The notes beneath the pieces are model-generated. The model made no database searches. It worked only from the letters and a program-made list of their open reading frames with translations, and was not told where the DNA came from. Below are positions 1-8,301 of a stretch of DNA of 64,000 bases, one piece after another. The DNA lies in the NCBI GenBank assembly GCA_963793485.1, contig CAWCAB010000001.1, forward strand, positions 270,534 to 334,533, in the 5' to 3' direction. This stretch comes from an uncultured Bacteroidota bacterium. GTDB taxonomy: Bacteria; Bacteroidota; Bacteroidia; Bacteroidales; B18-G4. Position 1 is the stretch's first letter. Every line of letters begins with the position of its first letter. A program made the position numbers and the translations under genes.

Positions 1-311
1 CTCACCAGGTATATGGTCTTCGTTTCAGGATTGCACAATGGGAGGATATTTTTAGATAATTCATGGGTTTTGACCACGGGGAAGGAAAGTTGCTCATTCA
101 GTTTTTTCAATTTCCTTTCACCAGGGGATGTGATGGTACGGAATTTTTTTGCCCTGCTGAGTTTTTTGTGTTCCTGCAGGGCCTTATTATATACTACGAT
201 GTTGTTCCATGAATACATCCCGAATACATCCAGCAAAATATTTCTCAGAAAGGTATTACCCGACCTGGGAAAGGATGCCAGGACGACCCTTGGCTTTTCA
301 GTATTTGCCAT
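1..311 (-). CDS. sulfotransferase-family protein, N-terminal part (gene continues past the left edge)
   Basis: Open at the window edge, so absent from the ORF track. The reverse-strand ATG at 309-311 gives MANTEKPRVVLASFPRSGNTFLRNILLDVFG...FPVVKTHE. PRSGNTF resembles the PAPS 5'-phosphosulfate-binding loop of sulfotransferases. The + ORF 13-417 is antisense to it. Confidence 0.6.
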   Translation of the reverse strand, partial: MANTEKPRVVLASFPRSGNTFLRNILLDVFGMYSWNNIVVYNKALQEHKKLSRAKKFRTITSPGERKLKKLNEQLSFPVVKTHELSKNILPLCNPETKTIYLV

Positions 312-315
312 GACC

Positions 316-1083
316 TTAGTCGGTTTCCGTACTGAGCTTATCCACTTTGATTGTCCTTTTATAAAGATCAAAGATCTCATCCGGCGTCCCAATACCACGG
401 CACTCACCCTCATGTAATAAAATAACCCTGTTCGCATATTTTCTTATCGTACTCAAATTATGGCTGACATGTATGATTGTCCGCCCGCTAACAAATGCTT
501 TTTCGAAGATTTCCTCCGACCTCGACTTAAATCGCTCATCCCCAACACCACCAAAGAACTCATCCATCAGGATGATATCAGCTTCAGCATGAACAGCAAC
601 AGCAAAAGCAAGTCTTGCCCGCATGCCCCTTGAGAAATACTTTAGCTTGGTGTTGACAAACTTTTTCAGCTCAGCAAACTCTATGATCTTGTCGAAGTTC
701 TTTTTGAGTTCACTGATTTTGACTCCCATCACAGATCCATTCAAAAAAACGTTCTCCCTGGCGGTTAGCTGCCCGTTGAAACCAAGCCCAAGGCTCAGCC
801 GGATATAACTACCAATGATGCTCGTTTTTCCGCCACGGTCGGGTTTATAAGCCCCGGTCATAATATGGATCATCGTTGACTTGCCACTACCGTTGGCACC
901 CACAATTCCGATAAATTCCCCTTTTTTGATCTCCAGGTTGATGTCTTTTAAGGCATGGATCTTACGGATGTTAGATCCTGTGAAGAATGCCCAGGATTTC
1001 TGGATCATATTTCCACGAACCTTATCCCTGATCCTGAATGTCTTGCTTACGTTCTCAAGCTTTATGACTACTTCCTCGCTCAT
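316..1083 (-). CDS. ABC transporter ATP-binding protein, polysaccharide-exporter type (Wzt/TagH-like)
   Basis: 255 aa. Walker A GANGSGKST, signature-like YFSRGMRARL, Walker B DIILMDE. Lies immediately downstream of an ABC-2 permease. Confidence 0.9.
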   Translation of the reverse strand: MSEEVVIKLENVSKTFRIRDKVRGNMIQKSWAFFTGSNIRKIHALKDINLEIKKGEFIGIVGANGSGKSTMIHIMTGAYKPDRGGKTSIIGSYIRLSLGLGFNGQLTARENVFLNGSVMGVKISELKKNFDKIIEFAELKKFVNTKLKYFSRGMRARLAFAVAVHAEADIILMDEFFGGVGDERFKSRSEEIFEKAFVSGRTIIHVSHNLSTIRKYANRVILLHEGECRGIGTPDEIFDLYKRTIKVDKLSTETD

Positions 1084-1085
1084 GA

Positions 1086-1883
1086 TCAGACTTTTTCTAT
1101 TGCTTTATGATAAAACTTTTTGAACACCAGCAGGCCAATGCCCAGCAGAGCAAAGGCATACAGGAAATTATAACCCACAAGGAACCAGTCCGGTTCCTTA
1201 TTATACATCAATACATCGCGGGAGTTAATGATAATTCCTGCCAGGGGGTTGGCATAAAGCAGGGCCGGGAACATGTTGAATATTTTCTGCTTGGCAAAAA
1301 AGATAGGGTTGATCCAGAACATCAGCAGCAGAACCAGGTCCCAAAGTTGCGTAACATCTTTCAGGTAAACGTTTACTGTTGAAAGTATCAGGCTGATACC
1401 CAGTGATAAGATCATCAGGTTAATGATGAATATGGGGTAATAAATAATCCTCCAACCAGGCGTGATGCCGAAGATGATCAAGAGGCATATCAAAACAAAA
1501 AGGTTCACGATAAAGCCTATCAGGCTGGTGAGCATGGATGCATAGTAAACATCCAGTTTGTTGAACCTGATATTCTCAAGCAGATACCTTTTGGACCTGA
1601 TCACATTAAGCCCCTTTTTTGTGGCCTCCTGGAAATACATCCAGAGGATGATCCCTGAGAAAATATAGAATCCGTAATTGGGTATCTCTTTGGAAAAGAA
1701 AAAGGAAAAGACGACATAATAAATCAGTATCCTGACAAGGGGATACACAAAAGCCCATATCATCCCCAGGGAACTGTCAACATAGCGTACCTTGAAGTCA
1801 GTTTTGGCCAGCAACCATATCCTTTCAAGTCGGACGTTTTCGGGTAAAAATCTGTGTATCTGTGCTGCTAATCCCTGAGCCAT
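1086..1883 (-). CDS. ABC-2 type transporter permease (Wzm/TagG-like)
   Basis: 265 aa, multi-helix hydrophobic protein. Paired with the ATPase at 316-1083 across a 2-nt gap. Confidence 0.85.
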   Translation of the reverse strand: MAQGLAAQIHRFLPENVRLERIWLLAKTDFKVRYVDSSLGMIWAFVYPLVRILIYYVVFSFFFSKEIPNYGFYIFSGIILWMYFQEATKKGLNVIRSKRYLLENIRFNKLDVYYASMLTSLIGFIVNLFVLICLLIIFGITPGWRIIYYPIFIINLMILSLGISLILSTVNVYLKDVTQLWDLVLLLMFWINPIFFAKQKIFNMFPALLYANPLAGIIINSRDVLMYNKEPDWFLVGYNFLYAFALLGIGLLVFKKFYHKAIEKV

Positions 1884-1971
1884 CTGCTAGTATTATCGAG
1901 TAGGGCAAAGATAATTAAATTCCTTTCGTATCCTTGTTTTTTGATATATTTGGATTCTCATTGAGAACAAC

Positions 1972-3846
1972 GTGCGGAGCAGAAAATCTCAGATTTTAAA
2001 GAAGAACTTTCTGACAGCTGGCATAGTCCCTGTCATACTGATACTTACTGTAGCAGGAATTGCTGCCTATGCAAACTCCTTTGATGCTTCTTTTCATTGG
2101 GATGACCTGGAGCAGATCGTTGGTAACGATGAAATTCATGACCTATCCACGTTTTCTGAGCCTTCAGAATGGTTTGCTGTTAAGAAGCGCCCTGTATCAA
2201 GGTTCAGCCTGGCCCTGAACTGGAGCCTGGGCGGACAAAATGTGCTCGGTTACCATATTGTTAACCTCATCTTGCATATTCTTGCTTCGCTGATGGTTTT
2301 TCTGATCACAAGATATACCATATCTTCTTTGCCGGAGGATGAACCCTACGACCGAAGAATGTTATGGACGGTTTCTGTCTTTGTTGCTTTGCTCTTTCTG
2401 CTGCACCCTTTGCAAACAATGGCGGTGACCTATATTGTTCAACGAATGACCGTTCTGGCAGCTTTGTTTTATTTGCTTGCAGTTTATTTATACGCCAGGG
2501 GCAGGATGGCCTATCTCAAGGATGGAAAAACTTTGCGGTCAGCCATTTTGATCCTTCTGGCTGTGTTTTCAGGATTGCTGGCCTTGCTGTCGAAACAAAA
2601 TGCCGTGACTTTTCCGGCAGCATTCCTGCTCTATGAGTTGTTCTTCATCAGGAAAAGGGATGGAAAGCTTTGCAGAAAATATGCCGGCACTTATTTAGTC
2701 GTTCTCACAACAGGATTTCTTGCAGTTTTATTCTCCGGATTTCTCCCGGCCGAGACAGAAATGTATTCAAGGATTGAGTATTTCAGCGCCCAGCTTGGGG
2801 TGTTTCATAAATATCTGCTTTTAATACTCTTTCCCATCAGTCAGAATGCCGATTATTATATCAATCCCGGGCATCCGCTGATCGGGCTTTACCAAATTAT
2901 TGGTATTATGCTGGTATTGGCTCTGTTATTACTGGGAGTACTGCTCTATAAGAGAAACCGACTTGTATCATTCGGGATCTTCTGGTTCTTCATCAGCATG
3001 TCGATTGAATCAGGATTGATTCCTATAAAGGACATTATGATGGAGCATCGCATTTATCTCCCAATGTTCGGGGTATGTATGATCGTAGCAGGTATTGTCC
3101 TGCGTTATGTACCATATTCTAAGATCAAATACTTTTATGCGATAGGATCTGTTATTTTGATCCTTCTGGCCCTGGGCACCTATAACAGGAACAAGGTATG
3201 GGCGTCAGAGATCAGCCTCTGGGAAGATTGCCTTGAAAAGAATCCGCAGAGTGCCAGGGCGATGAACAACCTGGGCTATGCCATAAAAAGCAAAGCAATG
3301 CAAAATCCCTATCCTGATGTCAGGCGGCAGGAATTGATAAGGTCCATTGCATATTTTAGCAGGGCTACCGGTGGAGATACCATCTTCACAGATGCCTATC
3401 TCAACAGGGGTCTGGCATATATGGAACTTCAGGAGTATGATAAAGCACTGGCAGATATTAAGCTGGTTGAGAGCGATAAGCCCAGGAAACGTTTCCTGCG
3501 ATATTATCTGGAAGGGATCATCCATGCCCGAAAAGGAGATATTGGACATGCGCGGAATCTTTTTGACGATGCTATCAGCTTGAATTCTGATTTTGCTTTA
3601 CTTTATACCTGGAGAGGTCTCGTACTGACGGAACTTAAGGAAGATCAGGCTGCAATTGATGATTTTCAACGATCATTGGAGATTGATCCCACGCAAACCA
3701 TTTTGTATATTAATATTTCACAGTTGAATTACAATCTGAAGAACTATGCCCAGGCTCTATACTGGATCACGCAGGCAAAAGATGAAGGACATAGTGTAGA
3801 TCATGAATACATGGATGCCCTTGAGGAAGCATTTCAAGATAAATAA
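1972..3846 (+). CDS. GT-C-fold membrane glycosyltransferase with C-terminal TPR repeats (TMTC/DUF1736-like)
   Basis: 624 aa with a GTG start. Many N-terminal TM helices, with an acidic first-loop motif FHWDDLEQIVGND. The C-terminal ~200 aa consist of TPR-like repeats (AYLNRGLAYMELQEYDKALADI...). Confidence 0.6.
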   Translation: MRSRKSQILKKNFLTAGIVPVILILTVAGIAAYANSFDASFHWDDLEQIVGNDEIHDLSTFSEPSEWFAVKKRPVSRFSLALNWSLGGQNVLGYHIVNLILHILASLMVFLITRYTISSLPEDEPYDRRMLWTVSVFVALLFLLHPLQTMAVTYIVQRMTVLAALFYLLAVYLYARGRMAYLKDGKTLRSAILILLAVFSGLLALLSKQNAVTFPAAFLLYELFFIRKRDGKLCRKYAGTYLVVLTTGFLAVLFSGFLPAETEMYSRIEYFSAQLGVFHKYLLLILFPISQNADYYINPGHPLIGLYQIIGIMLVLALLLLGVLLYKRNRLVSFGIFWFFISMSIESGLIPIKDIMMEHRIYLPMFGVCMIVAGIVLRYVPYSKIKYFYAIGSVILILLALGTYNRNKVWASEISLWEDCLEKNPQSARAMNNLGYAIKSKAMQNPYPDVRRQELIRSIAYFSRATGGDTIFTDAYLNRGLAYMELQEYDKALADIKLVESDKPRKRFLRYYLEGIIHARKGDIGHARNLFDDAISLNSDFALLYTWRGLVLTELKEDQAAIDDFQRSLEIDPTQTILYINISQLNYNLKNYAQALYWITQAKDEGHSVDHEYMDALEEAFQDK

Positions 3847-3854
3847 GGAATATA

Positions 3855-4577
3855 TTGAAAACACTCATCATCATACCGGTATACAATGAATCAGCCAGCA
3901 TAGGAGGGATCCTGGATGAGATTGCCGAAACTTTCCCCCAATATGATATGCTGGTGGTGAATGATGCCAGTACCGACGAGAGCGGTCGAATAGCAGCAGC
4001 CAATGGCAATGCTGTAGTCGTGAACCTGCCATTCAACCTGGGAATAGGAGGGGCGGTCCAGACCGGCTTCAAGTATGCCAGGGAAAATGACTATGAAATT
4101 GCCCTTCAGTTCGATGGAGACGGGCAGCACCAGGTAACGGAGATTAGTAAACTAATTCCTGTGATCGAAGAAGGGAAGGCGGATGTTGTGATTGGTTCAC
4201 GTTTCAATAAGAAAACCGAAGGTTTTACGACCCATTCTTTGCGTCGTGTCGGCATATGGATCTTCCAGTGGTTTAGCTATCTGATGATCGGACAGAAGAT
4301 CACAGACCATACATCCGGATTCAGGGCTTATAACCGAAGATCGTTCTGCTTCCTGGCCAATCATTATCCTACTGATTATCCGGAGCCGGAAGTGGTTATA
4401 CTGCTGGGCCGAAACCATTTTGTGATTACAGAGGTCTTTACTCAGATGCTTCGCCGCCAGGGAGGTGTGTCTTCCATACCTGTTGCGAAAGGGCCTTACT
4501 ATATGGTTAAGGTCTTGCTCGCCATGTTCATGGCTTCTATCAGATCAAGGATCATCACGGATGATGAAAAACTATAA
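3855..4577 (+). CDS. family-2 glycosyltransferase, polyprenyl-phosphate sugar synthase type (GtrB/DPM1-like)
   Basis: TTG start. GT2 motifs IIIPVYNES, VVNDASTDES, QFDGDGQH and VVIGSRF. Confidence 0.85.
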   Translation: MKTLIIIPVYNESASIGGILDEIAETFPQYDMLVVNDASTDESGRIAAANGNAVVVNLPFNLGIGGAVQTGFKYARENDYEIALQFDGDGQHQVTEISKLIPVIEEGKADVVIGSRFNKKTEGFTTHSLRRVGIWIFQWFSYLMIGQKITDHTSGFRAYNRRSFCFLANHYPTDYPEPEVVILLGRNHFVITEVFTQMLRRQGGVSSIPVAKGPYYMVKVLLAMFMASIRSRIITDDEKL

Positions 4578-4579
4578 TT

Positions 4580-4951
4580 ATGGGAGAAATCAGCCAAATA
4601 CAGATCGTTGCCGTAATAGTGAGTATCTCACTGTTTCTTTTTATCATGTATCTGATAAGAAGCCAGCGGCTGAAGGAGGAGTATTCACTTTTGTGGATAT
4701 TCTTTAGCCTGGTATTTATAGTATTCGCCTTCTGGAGAAGTGGTCTCGATTACATTTCTGATTTTCTGGGCGTAGCCTATCCGCCGGCAGCCCTGTTTAT
4801 GATCCTCCTCATGGCTATCTTCTTGATCCTGATCGAGTTCTCAATGATCATTAGTAAGCTGTCAGATAAAAACAAGTCACTTGCACAGGAAATAGGATTG
4901 CTTAAGCAAAGACTTAGGAAGATCGAAGAACGAGGATCGAGTAACGAGTAA
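4580..4951 (+). CDS. small membrane protein, DUF2304-like
   Basis: 123 aa with about 3 TM helices plus a coiled C-terminal tail. Starts 2 nt after the GT2 stop. The last codons (EERGSSNE*) are encoded by the heptamer array. Confidence 0.6.
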   Translation: MGEISQIQIVAVIVSISLFLFIMYLIRSQRLKEEYSLLWIFFSLVFIVFAFWRSGLDYISDFLGVAYPPAALFMILLMAIFLILIEFSMIISKLSDKNKSLAQEIGLLKQRLRKIEERGSSNE

Positions 4952-5028
4952 CGAACACCAGTATCCATTATCTATTATCTAGGATCTAGGATCCAGTATC
5001 CAGTATCTAGGATCCAGTATCCAGGATC
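4924..5028. repeat. heptanucleotide tandem array, 15 in-phase units
   Basis: cgaagaa cgaggat cgagtaa cgagtaa cgaacac cagtatc cattatc tattatc taggatc taggatc cagtatc cagtatc taggatc cagtatc caggatc. Spans both convergent stop codons (4949-4951 and 5007-5009). Confidence 0.95.
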
Positions 5029-6104
5029 TCATCATACAACTCAACGTATTGCTTCACAGTATCCTCAAAGTGAAACTTCCTGATCGGACTGTTTTCCCAT
5101 TTACCAGCGTAAGCTATTTCGAGGGCATCTTTTAAGCCTTTTCCGTCCTGCGTTTTCATTATGATATATTGGCCCGAGACAACCTCTTTCAGGGCACCTC
5201 GGCCGGATGAGATAAGGGGTATGCCCATGGCAATAGATTCTGCGGCAGCAAAGCAGAAACCTTCACTGTATGATGGAATCATAACACAGGAGGATGAGAG
5301 CAAAGCTTGTTGAAGCTCATCGTAGCTCAGGTTATGGAGTAGCGTAAAGCGATCTTCCGGGATGCTTTGCAATTCCTTTTTGATTGTTCTCAAAAACCCT
5401 TTTGGGCGTGTGGGGATGATCATTTTTAAGTGGGCATCGGGATGCTGCTCAAGGAAAGCAGGTGCAGCTTCCAGGATGAGGTCTAGTCCTTTTGAAATGC
5501 CCAGGCGGCCGAAGTAGGTGAATGCGAACTTCGTGGGCGGTGAATATTGGATGGTCCGAAAGTCATTATAATTCAGTCCATTATATATCCTGGTGATCTT
5601 GTCTTTCTTTATGCCTGCCTGTCTGAGGCTTTCGGCTGTATAATCCGATACAGCGATGAATCGGTGAAAGCCCAGGCGTAGGATAAACCATTCGTAGGCG
5701 TAGTAAAGACGTTTACTGATGGTTCCGGCATATGGAAGCCTGAACCAGAGTTTGCCCCAGGCTTCATGGAAGGTGATCAGAACTTTTTTACCGTATATCC
5801 ATCCGGCAAGCCTGGCCGGAAATGCGGCATTGTAAGATGTTGTGTGAATGATGTCACAGTTTTTAGCTTCACGGAGCATGCCAAAGATCCCAAAGAAGGT
5901 AAAAACAAAACGGGAAGATACATTGAGACGTTTAACTTCAACGCCGTTGATGATCTCTTTTTTTGGCAGTTCTTTACTAAAACGTGTGGTGATCACTTTT
6001 ACCGAATGGCCTTCTTCGACAAGCTTTTCAGCAAGCGATTTGAACAGCTTCTCAATACCCCCTATGTTGGGGTAATACAGCTCGAGTATGAACAGTATTT
6101 TCAT
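5007..6104 (-). CDS. glycosyltransferase family 4 (group 1)
   Basis: 365 aa. GT4-type PSYSEGFCFAAAESIAMGIPLI motif. The start overlaps the upstream GT4 stop in an ATGA overlap at 6101-6104. Confidence 0.85.
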   Translation of the reverse strand: MKILFILELYYPNIGGIEKLFKSLAEKLVEEGHSVKVITTRFSKELPKKEIINGVEVKRLNVSSRFVFTFFGIFGMLREAKNCDIIHTTSYNAAFPARLAGWIYGKKVLITFHEAWGKLWFRLPYAGTISKRLYYAYEWFILRLGFHRFIAVSDYTAESLRQAGIKKDKITRIYNGLNYNDFRTIQYSPPTKFAFTYFGRLGISKGLDLILEAAPAFLEQHPDAHLKMIIPTRPKGFLRTIKKELQSIPEDRFTLLHNLSYDELQQALLSSSCVMIPSYSEGFCFAAAESIAMGIPLISSGRGALKEVVSGQYIIMKTQDGKGLKDALEIAYAGKWENSPIRKFHFEDTVKQYVELYDEILDTGS

Positions 6105-7207
6105 TCCTTCAGAAGCTTTTTAATTTCACGGTCGAATTCCCTGGCATAATTATCCCAGCTAAATTTTGCAGCCTGTATTCCTGCTTTGTCTGACAATTGC
6201 TTCCTCAGGCCTTCCTCATGCACTATTCTATACATGGCATCCGCCATTTCATTGGGATCAGCAGGATCAAAATATATGGCCCCTTCTCCGCCTACCTCAG
6301 GCAGGCTCGAAATATTGGACAGCAGACAGGGAGTGCCACAGCTCATAGCTTCCACTACCGGCAAGCCGAAACCTTCATACAGGGAAGGAAATACAAAGGC
6401 TTCGGCCTGGCTGTAGAGTGAGGCCAGTGTATCACGCTCAATATATCCGGTTAAGACGATGTCGGCCTTGAATGGGTGGCCGGAAAGTGCTTCATAGAAA
6501 GACTTGCTTTTCCATCCTTTTCCTCCGGCAATCACCAGCTTATGATCGGAGACTGAACGCTCCTTAAAAATTGTAAAAGCCTCCAGGAGCCTGTTCAGGT
6601 TTTTTCTGGGTTCTATTGTTCCTGCATAGAGAATATAGGGATTCCCTGAAGTGTATTTTCTTACAACAGATTTATTGGCGGAAAAGCCCATGCTTTCATC
6701 CCTTCCCAGGTAGATCTGGCTCGTCTTCTGCTTTGCTTCCGGCATGTATTGTGTAAGGTCCTGGCTTGTATTGGCTGAGTTGGTAATGATCAGAGATGCC
6801 CTTCTTATTATACCTTTCAGAAATACTTTTTGCAGGAACTGGGAGTGAAACCTGTGTAGCTTTGGGAACAGGATAGGGGTGAGGTCGTGAACCACTGTTA
6901 CACGCTTCATCTTCTTTGGAAGGTTAAAAGGTCCAAAGTGCGCCGGTTCCACCACAACATCGGCTTGTAGTTTTTTCAGCGTGCGAGGGATACCCACAAA
7001 CATGCGCCAGGCAGAATAACCGGGAAAGCTGTGATTCTTAACAACGATTTGCCTTTCAGATGGGAATAGATCATCCTTTTTTCTTCTCAATATGAAGTAT
7101 TCACCATGCTCATCTATCCCAGCCAGGTGCGTAACCAGGTTCCTGGTGTAGTAATGTATGCCCGCCTGTTGGTTGTCGAGGGGGTCAGCTAGGATAATGA
7201 TGCGCAT
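6101..7207 (-). CDS. glycosyltransferase family 4 (group 1)
   Basis: 368 aa with PSLYEGFGLPVVEAMSCGTPCL (E-x7-E region). Confidence 0.85.
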   Translation of the reverse strand: MRIIILADPLDNQQAGIHYYTRNLVTHLAGIDEHGEYFILRRKKDDLFPSERQIVVKNHSFPGYSAWRMFVGIPRTLKKLQADVVVEPAHFGPFNLPKKMKRVTVVHDLTPILFPKLHRFHSQFLQKVFLKGIIRRASLIITNSANTSQDLTQYMPEAKQKTSQIYLGRDESMGFSANKSVVRKYTSGNPYILYAGTIEPRKNLNRLLEAFTIFKERSVSDHKLVIAGGKGWKSKSFYEALSGHPFKADIVLTGYIERDTLASLYSQAEAFVFPSLYEGFGLPVVEAMSCGTPCLLSNISSLPEVGGEGAIYFDPADPNEMADAMYRIVHEEGLRKQLSDKAGIQAAKFSWDNYAREFDREIKKLLKE

Positions 7208-7260
7208 ATAAGTTCAGTACTTAATTGCGAAAATACTTAAAATTAGCTTCAATTGCATTT

Positions 7261-7393
7261 ATTAGGCCTTAGGCATTGGGCTGCGGTCAATAGGCGGTTG
7301 ACAGTTGACGGTAGACACTAGGCATATTAACCATTTATCCAGCATCCTGCAACCAGCATCTAGGATCTAGGATCCAGGATCCAGGATCCAGCA
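7261..7393. repeat. heptanucleotide tandem array, 19 in-phase units
   Basis: attaggc cttaggc attgggc tgcggtc aataggc ggttgac agttgac ggtagac actaggc ... tctagga tctagga tccagga tccagga tccagca. Lies in a divergent promoter region. Confidence 0.95.
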
Positions 7394-7512
7394 ACCCGTC
7401 CGGGTGTCAAAATTTTGAATTTGAAAAATAATTCCCTATCTTTCGGGCGAACAAAGGTTTTACATAGTAAAATATGTGAGATTTTTGTAAGGGATAACCT
7501 AAATCTTGAATT

Positions 7513-8061
7513 ATGACCATACGAACTTTACTTCCCGGAGTATTGCTATCTGTACTCTTGCTATTCCTTTTCTCTTGCCAAAAGGAGAACATACAGGAAA
7601 CAGCACCTGATCTTACGAATGTTAATTTAAAGGGTGGCGGCGGAACCTATAGGTTACTTACCTGTGCTGATGAGGATATCGGCACTGTGACTGTTACACA
7701 AAATTTTGGTGTAATCATGGTGAGGTACGAAACCACAGGTGATTTTAAGTTAACATCAACCAAAATACATGCAGAATATGATTGGCTTGATATTCCGCAA
7801 ACACCGGATGGATCACCGATCATTGAAGCATTTGATTATCAGTATAGTCATGCTGAAGGGGTACAGAATTTTACAATGATGCTGGATGAAGATTTTTACG
7901 GACAATTTTATATTGCCTGTTATGCTACCTACACCGAAAGTGCGGATTGTCCTACATTAGACGCCTGGGCAAAAGGATACCCATTTCCCGGTTCTGATTG
8001 TGCCATGTACAGGTATTTTTATCCGTACAATGGAAAAAATCCTCAACCAGGAGACCCTTAG
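7513..8061 (+). CDS. hypothetical lipoprotein
   Basis: 182 aa. Signal peptide ending in the lipobox LLFLFS-C followed by QKEN. No recognisable domain. Confidence 0.6.
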   Translation: MTIRTLLPGVLLSVLLLFLFSCQKENIQETAPDLTNVNLKGGGGTYRLLTCADEDIGTVTVTQNFGVIMVRYETTGDFKLTSTKIHAEYDWLDIPQTPDGSPIIEAFDYQYSHAEGVQNFTMMLDEDFYGQFYIACYATYTESADCPTLDAWAKGYPFPGSDCAMYRYFYPYNGKNPQPGDP

Positions 8062-8301
8062 GCCTTAATGCAATGGATGATGAAAATCTCATCCAAAGTA
8101 AATCATTCAAAGTGATCATCCCGCTCCGGAAATTAGTTCCTATTTCCTTAATTGGTTGATATATATCAACTTTTAAGAAAATTTAGAAAGTATATAGAGT
8201 GAAATCATATTCTCTTTTATATTTTCGTAAAAATATTTATGTAATCTAATACCGGAATTACTTCATATATTCTTTATCTAACAATATATATTCTTAAAAA
8301 A

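Noticed and set aside
13-417. A 134-aa + ORF at the left edge.
   Set aside because: It is antisense to the sulfotransferase N-terminus and the Wzt 3' end, both of which carry recognisable motifs.
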